Assembly: GCA_037137535.1 (NCBI GenBank)
Contig: JBAXKC010000007.1
Span: 27,037-91,036, forward strand
DNA length: 64,000 nucleotides
Direction of reading: 5' to 3'
Origin: a bacterium
Lineage (GTDB): Bacteria > Cyanobacteriota > Vampirovibrionia > Gastranaerophilales > JBAXKC01
In this document: in pieces, positions 53,133-62,737 of the stretch
How positions within the stretch are numbered: the first letter of the stretch is position 1
Layout of the letters: each line of letters opens with the position of its first letter
Translations under genes and position numbers: made by a program
Notes under the pieces: model-generated
Told to the model about the DNA's origin: nothing
Seen by the model: the letters and a program-made list of their open reading frames with translations, nothing else
The model's database searches: none

Positions 53133-54260
53133 ATGATAGCTAAAAATCAATTATATAGCGTTTATATTCATATTCCATTTTGTAAAAGCAAATGCTCTTA
53201 TTGTAGTTTTATTTCGTTTACAGAAAATAACAACTTAAAGAAACTTTATATTGATGAACTGATTAAAGAGATAAAAAATGGACTATCTCAAGTAAAATCC
53301 CCGATTTTAAAGACTATTTACATCGGAGGAGGAACTCCTTCGCTATTATCACTTGAAGAACTGGAGCAAATAATAACTTCTTTATTAAATAATGCAGAGT
53401 TTGCTGAAGATATTGAATTTTCAATAGAAATTAATCCTGCTACAGTTGATTTAGCTTATTTAACGGGACTAAGACAGCTGGGGCTTAATCGTTTAAGCAT
53501 TGGTGTACAAAGTTTTAATAATGAAATTTTAAAGCTAATTAATAGAAGACATAATTCTTATGATGCAGTTAAGTGTGTGGAATGGGCAAAACAAGCAGGC
53601 TTTAATAATATCAGCATTGATTTAATTCATGGATTACCAAAGCAAACTTTGCAAAATTGGGAAGAAACTTTGGAAAAGGGAATAAGTCTTGGAATTAATC
53701 ATATTTCCGCCTACGGATTAAAAATTGAAGAAGGTACTGAATTTTATACAAATATGCCGTCAGAGCTTCCTGATGAGGATTTATGTGCTGATTTATATAT
53801 AAAAACAGTAGATTTTCTTAAAAATCAAGCTTTTCATCAATATGAAATAAGTAATTTTGCTATTGAGGGCTATTCTTCCAGACATAATACAGCTTATTGG
53901 ACAAATAAAGAGTATTTCGGCTTTGGAATTGCAGCTCATGGCTATATAAAAGGAGTAAGATACTCTAACACCTCCGATTTAGATTTATACTTGAATAATA
54001 CCGACAAAAAAGAGCATGAGCATACTGTTTCTAATAAAGAGCGTATTGAAGAAGCTATTTATTTGGGGCTAAGATTAAATAAAGGAATAAATTTATTAGA
54101 ATTTAACGATGAATATAATTTCGATATTTTAAAGCATTATGAAAAAATAATTCAAAAGCATATAAAAAATGGCTTTCTTGAGTTAGAAAACCATTTTTTG
54201 ACTCTTACAACAGAAGGATTTTTATTGAGTAATTGTATTCTATCAGATTTTATTGATTAG
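53133..54260 (+). CDS. hemW: Radical SAM heme chaperone HemW
   Basis: YIHIPFCKSKCSYC, GGGTPS, YEISNF..SRHN.AYW. Confidence 0.92.
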   Translation: MIAKNQLYSVYIHIPFCKSKCSYCSFISFTENNNLKKLYIDELIKEIKNGLSQVKSPILKTIYIGGGTPSLLSLEELEQIITSLLNNAEFAEDIEFSIEINPATVDLAYLTGLRQLGLNRLSIGVQSFNNEILKLINRRHNSYDAVKCVEWAKQAGFNNISIDLIHGLPKQTLQNWEETLEKGISLGINHISAYGLKIEEGTEFYTNMPSELPDEDLCADLYIKTVDFLKNQAFHQYEISNFAIEGYSSRHNTAYWTNKEYFGFGIAAHGYIKGVRYSNTSDLDLYLNNTDKKEHEHTVSNKERIEEAIYLGLRLNKGINLLEFNDEYNFDILKHYEKIIQKHIKNGFLELENHFLTLTTEGFLLSNCILSDFID

Positions 54261-55159
54261 AAATTTTCTGATTTGAATCCGAATTCTCTTATTATGTTTG
54301 AATTTTTGCGCCAATTTTTCTTTAATTTAACAAAAAGTTCTAAGAAAACTTTACCTTCTGTTAATTCTTCTATTTCTTTTCTCGCAAGCATTCCAATGGT
54401 TTTAATCATTTGTCCGCCATCACCGATTACAATTCCTTTTTGTGAATCATGTTCAACATAAATGGTTGCTCTAATGTTAGTTATATTAGGCAATTCTTGA
54501 AACTTATCAATGATTACTGCCACACTATGCGGAATTTCATCTCTTGTATTGTGCAAAACTTTTTCTCTGATAATTTCTTCGCTTATCGCTCGTATATTTT
54601 GGTCTGTAACATTATCTTCAGGGAAATATTGAGGACCTTTCGGAAGTTTTCTGTAAATGTTATTAATTAAATCATCTTGATTTCTTCCTGTAAGAGCGGA
54701 CATTTTAATGGTAGTAACTTTTTTATCTTTGAATAATTCTTTATAAGTTTCTAAATTTTCGTCTCTTTTTTCCATATTTTTCATTTGGTCGACTTTATTG
54801 GCAACCATGATAACAGTAGCATCGGTATTTAACAGGTTTTCTGCAATCCATTTGTCCCCTGGGCCTGCTTTTTCTGTCACATCCACCAAAAATAAAATAA
54901 CATCAGCTGAAGGAATCGCAAGTTTTGCTTCTGTCATCATAAATTCATGGAATTTGTGTTGAGGCTTTTGAACTCCGGGGGTGTCAATAAAGACTATTTG
55001 ACCTTTTTCGGTAGTATAAACCCCTCTTATTCTTTTTCTTGTTGTTTGTGGCTTATCACTTGTTATTACAACCTTTTGCCCTAATATTATATTTAATAAT
55101 GTTGATTTCCCTACATTTGGTCTGCCTACAATGGTTACAAACCCTGACTTATATGCCAT
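54257..55159 (-). CDS. era: GTPase Era
   Basis: GRPNVGKST, PQTTR, DTPG, NKVD, KH domain GIVIG..G. Confidence 0.97.
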   Translation of the reverse strand: MAYKSGFVTIVGRPNVGKSTLLNIILGQKVVITSDKPQTTRKRIRGVYTTEKGQIVFIDTPGVQKPQHKFHEFMMTEAKLAIPSADVILFLVDVTEKAGPGDKWIAENLLNTDATVIMVANKVDQMKNMEKRDENLETYKELFKDKKVTTIKMSALTGRNQDDLINNIYRKLPKGPQYFPEDNVTDQNIRAISEEIIREKVLHNTRDEIPHSVAVIIDKFQELPNITNIRATIYVEHDSQKGIVIGDGGQMIKTIGMLARKEIEELTEGKVFLELFVKLKKNWRKNSNIIREFGFKSENF

Positions 55160-55162
55160 AAA

Positions 55163-56995
55163 TTAACCTTCTTCCTCTTCTAATGCTTGAACGTCTTGAA
55201 AACCATCGGCTTTATATAAAATAACTCTTGTTATTTTATGACCGTCCATGTTTTCAACTTTCATGGTCAAACCACTAGCTTCAACTTCATCGCCTATTTC
55301 AGGCTCTCTTCCTACCAGGCCGAATATATAACCGCCAATAGTCTGGAAATCTTCAGTTGGAAGATCAAGATTAAAACGTTCATTTAAGTCATATATATTC
55401 ATTTTTGAAAAAACGCTTATTGAGTTTTCATCAATTTTTATAATTTCATCAACTTGGACATCATATTCGTCCCAAATTTCGCCTACGATTTCTTCTAAAA
55501 CATCTTCCATTGTTATAATTCCTGCAACTCCGCCATGTTCATCTACAACAGCAGAAATTTGAGATTTATTTCTTATAAAATCATTCAGCATGTCGCTTAC
55601 AGGTTTATTTTCAGGAACAATGGTGATTTCTCTGGTTAATTCTTCTATTTTTATTTCTTCTTTGTTTTTGTCTTTCATTGCTTTTAATAAATCTTTAGCA
55701 TTTACTACACCGATAATATTATCAATATTTTCCTTATAAACAGGAATTCTTGTATGTCCCGAATCGATAATAAGGTCTATAAGGTCATTAATAGAAGCGT
55801 CTGAGGAGATGAAGTCAACGTCAATTCGTGGAATCATAGATTCCCAAGCAACGGTATTTGTAAAATCAAAGAAATTAGATAACATTTTAGATTCTCTTGA
55901 TTTCAAAACTCCTTTTGCTTTACCTTCTTCGATTAATTTTTGAAATTTTTCTTCCCAGTCTTCTTCTGTTTCATCTGCTTGAACTTCAATTGTTACATGG
56001 GCGATATTATCTATTTTTGCTCTAATTCGCTGTTCAAGTTTATCGGCAATATCATCAGCATCTTTTACTTGTGTTTCAGGATCTACTTCAATTTCCATAT
56101 TAACAATAAGCCCTGAAGGCCCCATATCCATTGTTTTAAGGTCATGAACCTGCGAGATGCCGTTTACGCTATTAGCAATTGTTCTTATCATCTCTTCGGT
56201 CTGAGGTTTTGCCGAAGCTCCCGTTAAAGCGTTTACATTGTGTGTAAGCAGATATAAAGCGAGAGAAAGCAAAATTAAACCAATGAAAATAGAGGCAATA
56301 GCATCAGGAATATAAACAAACGCTGGCGGTAAAAACTTAGCAATTGTTAAAGCTACAAAAGCCGCTAATACACCAACTAAAGCCGCTGTATCTTCAAACC
56401 ATACAAATTTTGTAGTAGGACTTTTAATTGAGGTTATATGAGAAAAAGATTGTATTACTGCGTCTATTGAATTTTTATATTCTATATTTGCTTCTTCAAG
56501 TACAGCTATGCTTGCACTTGTAACGGCCCAAATTTCAAAAGCAATACTTCCTAATAAAGTAATGGCAATAATTATGTAATTTTTATAAATAAGTCCCGCT
56601 AAATGTTCATTACCATTAATTAAATGGTCAAAACCATAAAATAATGATACGCCTGTACCCATCAGCATTAATAAACTTGCAAATAATGCCCAGATGTTAG
56701 CTTCTAATCCATAACCGAAAGGGTGAAACCTATCTGCCGGTCTGCTACATCTTTCAAGTCCCACTAAAAGGCAAACGCTGTTAAATCCATCTGTTGCAGA
56801 GTGAATAGATTCAGAAAGCATAGCCGAACTTTTGCTTATATACCAACAAACTAATTTTATTGCTGCAATTCCCAGATTAGCTCCAAGAGCTTTCCATACA
56901 GCTTTTTTTGAATAAACATTATCTTTAGAAAAGTCTTTATTTTTAATTGCCAGTTTTCCGTTAGTTATATTGTTATCTTGCGTCCCGGACGACAT
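55163..56995 (-). CDS. Cation diffusion facilitator fused to CBS pair and CorC/HlyC domain
   Basis: SESIHSATD, HPFGYG, ZT dimer domain; then MIPRID, GHTRIPVY, VDEHGGVAGIITMEDVLEEIVGEI.DE.D, TIGGY. Confidence 0.88.
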   Translation of the reverse strand: MSSGTQDNNITNGKLAIKNKDFSKDNVYSKKAVWKALGANLGIAAIKLVCWYISKSSAMLSESIHSATDGFNSVCLLVGLERCSRPADRFHPFGYGLEANIWALFASLLMLMGTGVSLFYGFDHLINGNEHLAGLIYKNYIIIAITLLGSIAFEIWAVTSASIAVLEEANIEYKNSIDAVIQSFSHITSIKSPTTKFVWFEDTAALVGVLAAFVALTIAKFLPPAFVYIPDAIASIFIGLILLSLALYLLTHNVNALTGASAKPQTEEMIRTIANSVNGISQVHDLKTMDMGPSGLIVNMEIEVDPETQVKDADDIADKLEQRIRAKIDNIAHVTIEVQADETEEDWEEKFQKLIEEGKAKGVLKSRESKMLSNFFDFTNTVAWESMIPRIDVDFISSDASINDLIDLIIDSGHTRIPVYKENIDNIIGVVNAKDLLKAMKDKNKEEIKIEELTREITIVPENKPVSDMLNDFIRNKSQISAVVDEHGGVAGIITMEDVLEEIVGEIWDEYDVQVDEIIKIDENSISVFSKMNIYDLNERFNLDLPTEDFQTIGGYIFGLVGREPEIGDEVEASGLTMKVENMDGHKITRVILYKADGFQDVQALEEEEG

Positions 56996-57251
56996 TTAGT
57001 TTCCCTTTAATAGGCTATTATACATTGATTAATCGTAATTATTTGAGTTTAAATATATTTTCAGTCATTACATGTATATTATACACAATATTACAGTTTA
57101 TAAACATATAAGGATTTTAAAATCCCTCAAATTACTGTTTCTTTCCTTAAAAAATTTTAAGAAAGTGAAATGTATATAAATTTACTTTAATAAAAATATG
57201 TAATAAAATATAATCTCAAATTAGTGTATAAGAATAATATTGAGTACTATT

Positions 57252-58466
57252 ATGAAAAAATTATCTTTTAAACATAATAATGTAGAATTTATAAATCCTT
57301 TTTTATTAGCATCTTCTCCTATAACAAGAAATGCCGAAATGATTATGAGAGGCTTTGATGCAGGTTGGGGCGGAGCTGTTTTAAAAACTTTAAATTTATG
57401 TCCCGAAACAATGAATAATGTTAGCCAGAGAATGTATGGTTATAAAGTTAAATCCTCAGTTCTAGGCTTGAAAAATATTGAAATGATAAGCGATAGATCA
57501 ATAGAAAGCTGGGTTGACGATATAAAGTTAATGAAAGACAAATACCCTGATAGAGTTATTGTTGCAAGCATAATGGCTGAAGGCGTTAATTCTGATGAAT
57601 GGCAAAAACTTACAGAAATAACTCAAGAAGCAGGCTCAGATATAATTGAACTAAATTTAAGCTGTCCTAACGGTGTTCCTGAAAGAGGAATGGGTAGTTA
57701 TTGTTCAGAACTTCCTCATCTTTGCGGTGATATAGTTAAAACGGTAAAACAAGTATCTAAAATCCCTGTATGGGCAAAATTATCCCCTAATGTTACCAGC
57801 ATTTCATACCTTGCAGAATGTTGTTTAGCGCAAGGAGCTGATGGAATTGTTGCAATCAATACTGTAAAAGGATTTGCAGGTATTAACATTGATACTTTAC
57901 AACCTAATCTGCCCATAAACGGATTATCCACCTATGGCGGTTTTTCAGGTCCAATAGTTAAACCTATGGCTTTAAAAGCTGTTTCTGAAATAGCTAACGA
58001 TCACAATAACTGCTATATCTCGGCAACAGGTGGAATAAGCACATGGCAGGATGCTATTGAGTTTATGTTGCTTGGTGCTTCATCGTTACAGCTTTGCACA
58101 GAAGTTATGTATAAAGGTTATGACGTAATTCAACCAATACTAGAGGGTGTAGAATCTTATTTAAGTAAACATAATTATGCTTCTTTAGAGTCAATTGTCG
58201 GTTTAGCTCTTGATAAAGTAACAAATTACGGAAGTTTAGATAATAAAATTAAATATTATGCCGAAATTTCTCAAGACACTTGCCGTAATTGCGGAAGATG
58301 TATTACAGCGTGCAATGATGGCGGATATCAAGCCATAAGCAAAAATAATTCAAATTATGAAATAGCAAAAGAAAAATGCGTAGGTTGCGGATTCTGCCAG
58401 AGTGTTTGTTCAGTAGGAAGTATTAAAATGAACCTATTAGAACAGGCGGCTAAGGTTATAGTATAG
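57252..58466 (+). CDS. preA: NAD-dependent dihydropyrimidine dehydrogenase subunit PreA
   Basis: NPFLLASSP, GWGGAVLKT, ELNLSCP, two C-terminal 4Fe-4S motifs. Confidence 0.88.
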   Translation: MKKLSFKHNNVEFINPFLLASSPITRNAEMIMRGFDAGWGGAVLKTLNLCPETMNNVSQRMYGYKVKSSVLGLKNIEMISDRSIESWVDDIKLMKDKYPDRVIVASIMAEGVNSDEWQKLTEITQEAGSDIIELNLSCPNGVPERGMGSYCSELPHLCGDIVKTVKQVSKIPVWAKLSPNVTSISYLAECCLAQGADGIVAINTVKGFAGINIDTLQPNLPINGLSTYGGFSGPIVKPMALKAVSEIANDHNNCYISATGGISTWQDAIEFMLLGASSLQLCTEVMYKGYDVIQPILEGVESYLSKHNYASLESIVGLALDKVTNYGSLDNKIKYYAEISQDTCRNCGRCITACNDGGYQAISKNNSNYEIAKEKCVGCGFCQSVCSVGSIKMNLLEQAAKVIV

Positions 58467-58548
58467 CAATTATATAATTACAATCTCTTTGATAATTTAA
58501 TTCCATTTTTCCAAAATAATTCATAAAAGATTAATCTTAAAATGAGAT

Positions 58549-58585
58549 AAAATCCTCCTAAATTTGTAAATCTAGGAGGATTTTT
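58549..58585. terminator. Bidirectional terminator between convergent genes
   Basis: AAAATCCTCCTA/TAGGAGGATTTT. Confidence 0.8.
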
Positions 58586-58603
58586 CCATTATTACCAAAA
58601 GAA

Positions 58604-60676
58604 TTAAGCGACTTTTTTATGTGTCATTAAAATTGATAATGCTATATGATTTGGAGCTTCTTCATAAGAGTAAAATTCTGCTGTAAATGAACCTGCGCCA
58701 CCTGTCATTGAGTTTAAAACAGAAGAATAATTTATTATTTCTGACATTGGAATTAATGATTTTATTATTTGAGTATGGTCTTCTGCTTCTATTCCAAGCA
58801 TTTTTCCTCTTCTACTGCTTAAATCCCCGATAACATCTCCGACATAGGATTCAGGAACTGTTATTTCAACCGACATAACAGGTTCAAGCATAATGGGGTT
58901 AGCCTCAACTGCACCTTTTTTAAATCCTAAAGAGCCTGCAATTTTAAAAGCCATTTCAGAAGAATCTACATTATGATAACTACCGTCATATAATACTGCT
59001 TTTATATCAACTGCCTGATAATTTGATAAAATCCCTTCCTGCATTGCCTCTCTTATTCCTGCCTCTACAGCGGGAATGTATTGTCTTGGAATTGCACCGC
59101 CTACAATATTATCAATAAATTCAAAGCCTTTACCTCTTTCAATAGGGCTTAATTCTATCCAACAATCCCCGTATTGCCCCTTCCCGCCGGATTGTTTTTT
59201 GTATTTACCCTGCACTTTTATTGTTGAAGTTATTGTTTCTTTATATGGAATTTGTGGAGCTTCAAGTATAACTTCAACTCCGTATCTTCTGAAGAGTTTA
59301 CTTGTTGTTACATCAAGATGAACTTGCCCCATTCCCGAAAGTATAATTTGCTTTGTTTCTTCATCTCTATGAATATCAATCGAAGGGTCTTCTTCTTTTA
59401 ATTTTTTAAATCCTGAATATATTTTGTCTTCATCATTTTTTTGTTTTGATTTAATTGCATAAGAAAGAACAGGTTCAGGCAATTTTATATAAGATAAAAT
59501 GAGCGGATTTTTTTCGGTACTTAAACTATCTCCGGTATGAGTATGTTTTAACTTGGGTAAAGCAACAATATCCCCTGCAATCGCTCGAGGAATCAATTCA
59601 TGTTTTTTGCCCTGTAACATAATTATCTGGCTTATTTTTTCTTTATCTTCTTGTGATGAGTTATAGATGATTTCATCAGAATGAAGAGAACCGGCAAAAA
59701 GCCTTACAATAGAATATTTCCCTGAATAAGGATCAGACAAAGTTTTTATAACGAGAGCCATAATATCTTCATCTTTAGATAATTTTATAAGTTCAGGTTC
59801 ATTATTTTTATTTATGGCATAAATATTGTCTCTTTCCAGCGGAGAAGGCATAAAATCAGCAATGAAATTAAGTAATTGTTTTACACCGATATTTTTATGG
59901 GCAGAACCTGTTAGAACAGGAACTATTTTCCCGCCGATAATTCCTTTTTTCAAGGCACAAACCAGCTCATATTGAGAAATTTCATCACCATTTAAATACT
60001 TTTCAAGAAGTTCATCCTCACATTCAAGAATGGTTTCTATACTCTTTTCCTGTAAGACTTTAACCTCTTTTGCCAGTTCGTCGGGAATTTTTATTTCATT
60101 GTATTCCAACGAGTCTTTAGGATAGCTGAAGGCTTTTAATCCTAATATATCGACTATTCCGGTAAGATTAATATCTTCTCCCATAGGAAGCTGAAGTAGT
60201 AGAACTGCTCTGTTCATATGTTTCTTTAAATCAAGAAAGACCTGTTTAAAATTAGAGTTTTCTCTATCTAATTTATTAATAAAAATAGAGTAAGGAATTT
60301 TTTGGCGTTCTAAATCTTCTATGATTTTTTTGGATTGAAATTTTAATCCTTCGACAGAATCAATTACAACAAAAGCTGAGTCTACAGCTTTTAATGCACT
60401 TTTTGTTTCTGACATAAATTCAGATGATCCAGGTGTATCAACTAAATTTAACTTTTTATTGCCCCACATAAAAGTAGCAAACGACTGACTTAATGTAGTC
60501 TTTCTTTTTATTTCCTCAGCCTCAAAATCAAAAAATGAATTACCCTCATCAACTCTGCCAATTCTGCTGTTTAAACCTCCATTAAAGGCTATGGCATCTG
60601 CCAGAGAGGTTTTACCCGTTCCTATATGAGAAACTAAAGCAATATTTCTTATATCGTTAGAATAAACTTTATCCAT
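58604..60676 (-). CDS. fusA: Elongation factor G paralog (EF-G2-like)
   Basis: IRNIALVSHIGTGKT, DTPG, NKLD, GMGQVHL, KKQSGGKGQYG, VDSSEMAF; stand-alone, outside str operon. Confidence 0.88.
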   Translation of the reverse strand: MDKVYSNDIRNIALVSHIGTGKTSLADAIAFNGGLNSRIGRVDEGNSFFDFEAEEIKRKTTLSQSFATFMWGNKKLNLVDTPGSSEFMSETKSALKAVDSAFVVIDSVEGLKFQSKKIIEDLERQKIPYSIFINKLDRENSNFKQVFLDLKKHMNRAVLLLQLPMGEDINLTGIVDILGLKAFSYPKDSLEYNEIKIPDELAKEVKVLQEKSIETILECEDELLEKYLNGDEISQYELVCALKKGIIGGKIVPVLTGSAHKNIGVKQLLNFIADFMPSPLERDNIYAINKNNEPELIKLSKDEDIMALVIKTLSDPYSGKYSIVRLFAGSLHSDEIIYNSSQEDKEKISQIIMLQGKKHELIPRAIAGDIVALPKLKHTHTGDSLSTEKNPLILSYIKLPEPVLSYAIKSKQKNDEDKIYSGFKKLKEEDPSIDIHRDEETKQIILSGMGQVHLDVTTSKLFRRYGVEVILEAPQIPYKETITSTIKVQGKYKKQSGGKGQYGDCWIELSPIERGKGFEFIDNIVGGAIPRQYIPAVEAGIREAMQEGILSNYQAVDIKAVLYDGSYHNVDSSEMAFKIAGSLGFKKGAVEANPIMLEPVMSVEITVPESYVGDVIGDLSSRRGKMLGIEAEDHTQIIKSLIPMSEIINYSSVLNSMTGGAGSFTAEFYSYEEAPNHIALSILMTHKKVA

Positions 60677-60900
60677 AAAAATCCCCCCTTTTTTATAATA
60701 TTCGCATTCGTTTTTTTAAATTTCTATCCCTGATTAGTCAACTAGGTGGATAATAGGGGAATTTACTTCGGATTTCTTTTTTACCTGTTTTAATACATTT
60801 AAAAGAACAATAATAAAATTCTTTAATTTTCTAATACTGATTAATCTGCTATTATTGTTTTAAGCGTTTTATTAGATAATCGCATCGGGAAAGGCTTATA

Positions 60901-62442
60901 ATGAGTAAAAAACTGAATATTTTAATTACGGCATCAGAAGTTAATCCATACGCAAAAACAGGTGGATTAGCCGATGTAGTTGGAACATTACCTAAAGAAT
61001 TAAAAAAATTAGGACATGACGTAAGAGTTGTTATGCCTAGACATTACTTAATTGACAAGGAAAAGTTTGGTTTAAAGCCTTTAGATGGAGCATTAAGTAC
61101 ACATGTAGGTGCTTTAGGCGAAGTGTGGTGCGGTGTTTATGAAGCGACAATGCCTAATTGTGATGTACCCATTTATTTTATAGAGCATGAAGATTTTTTT
61201 GGAAGAGCAGGACTTTATACTGAAGAAAACGGTCAAGGCTATATGGACAATGACAATAGATTTGTTTTCTTTTCAAAAGCATGCCTTCAATTATGTAAAA
61301 AATTAAATTTTAAACCCGATGTGATTCACGCTAATGATTGGCATACAGCGGCAGTTCCCGTATTTTTAAACACCTCCTACAGAAATGATGAATTATTAGG
61401 TGAAACTGCTAGTTTATTAACTATTCATAACATGCAACATCAGGGTAATTTTTATCCGGGATTGATGGATGTTTTAGATATAGGTTGGGAGCATTTTAAC
61501 TATTTAGAATTGGAATGTGATGATCAGGTCAATCTCCTAAAAGGTGGTCTTTATCATTCAACTCTCATTAATACCGTAAGTAACGGTTATGCAAGAGAAA
61601 TAGCCTCTTCTGAAGGCGGATGGGGACTTGAAGGCGTAATTAGAGATCGTTCCTCCGATGTTTTCGGTATTTTAAACGGCATTGATTATGATGAGTGGAA
61701 TCCTGAAACAGATAAATTCATAGCAGCAAATTTTTCAGAAGATGATTTAAGAGGAAAAGCCGAATGTAAAAAAGATTTACAAAGAACTTTCGGTCTTCCT
61801 GAAAATCCTGATATTCCTATATTTGGAATTGTTTCAAGGCTTGTTTCACAAAAAGGAATAGACATTGTTGCGGAAGCTCTTTATAAGTTATTTGGCTTTG
61901 ACCTTCAAATTGTTATTTTAGGCACAGGCGAAGTGTGGAGTCATTTTTACTTTGGCGAAGCGGCTTCAAAATTTCCTGATAAATTAGGGTGTCATATTGG
62001 ATATAACGATGCTTTGGCTCACAAAATCGAAGCAGGAGCGGATTTCTTTTTAATGCCGTCAAGATTTGAACCTTGCGGTCTTAATCAAATGTATAGTCTT
62101 AGATATGGAACATTGCCCGTCGTAAGAGCAACCGGCGGACTTGATGATACAATAGAAAATTTTAATGACTATACTGGTGAAGGTACTGGGTTTAAGTTTT
62201 TTGATTTAACGGCAGAATCCTTATATTCAACTATTGGATGGGCTTTATATACTTATTACAATAGAAAAGGGCATATGCTTAAAATGATTGAATCAGCAAT
62301 GTCAAAACGCTTCACATGGGAAGATTCAGCAAAAAAATATGAAGACTTATATTATTTAGCTTGCTGCAAAAAAAAAGGCTATGACAGATTTGTTAAAGAA
62401 TATGATCATAAACAGCAATTATTAACTCATTTTAATAAATAG
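60901..62442 (+). CDS. glgA: Glycogen synthase
   Basis: KTGGLADV, HANDWH, SRFEPCGLNQ. Confidence 0.96.
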   Translation: MSKKLNILITASEVNPYAKTGGLADVVGTLPKELKKLGHDVRVVMPRHYLIDKEKFGLKPLDGALSTHVGALGEVWCGVYEATMPNCDVPIYFIEHEDFFGRAGLYTEENGQGYMDNDNRFVFFSKACLQLCKKLNFKPDVIHANDWHTAAVPVFLNTSYRNDELLGETASLLTIHNMQHQGNFYPGLMDVLDIGWEHFNYLELECDDQVNLLKGGLYHSTLINTVSNGYAREIASSEGGWGLEGVIRDRSSDVFGILNGIDYDEWNPETDKFIAANFSEDDLRGKAECKKDLQRTFGLPENPDIPIFGIVSRLVSQKGIDIVAEALYKLFGFDLQIVILGTGEVWSHFYFGEAASKFPDKLGCHIGYNDALAHKIEAGADFFLMPSRFEPCGLNQMYSLRYGTLPVVRATGGLDDTIENFNDYTGEGTGFKFFDLTAESLYSTIGWALYTYYNRKGHMLKMIESAMSKRFTWEDSAKKYEDLYYLACCKKKGYDRFVKEYDHKQQLLTHFNK

Positions 62443-62473
62443 AGAAATTTTATATATAGATAATAGATAAAAG

Positions 62474-62500
62474 CTTAGCCTAAATTTATTGTAGGCTAAG
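62474..62500. terminator. Hairpin downstream of glgA
   Basis: CTTAGCCTA/TAGGCTAAG. Confidence 0.5.
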
Positions 62501-62737
62501 TGATTATTAACATGTAGCTAAAATTTCGTTCAATATTAAGTTATTGATGCAGACTGTCTGAAAATTGACAGTCTGTTTAGCTTTATCGACAGAACAGTCT
62601 TCAATTATTTTCCACCTTGATTTATAACTTCTAATTATATCTTACATAATCATCAGTATTTTTTCAGTTATATCCGATATTTGAAGTGCAAAAAATGATA
62701 GAGATAAAGTTAAGTATTTTCATTGTTTCCCATTTTA

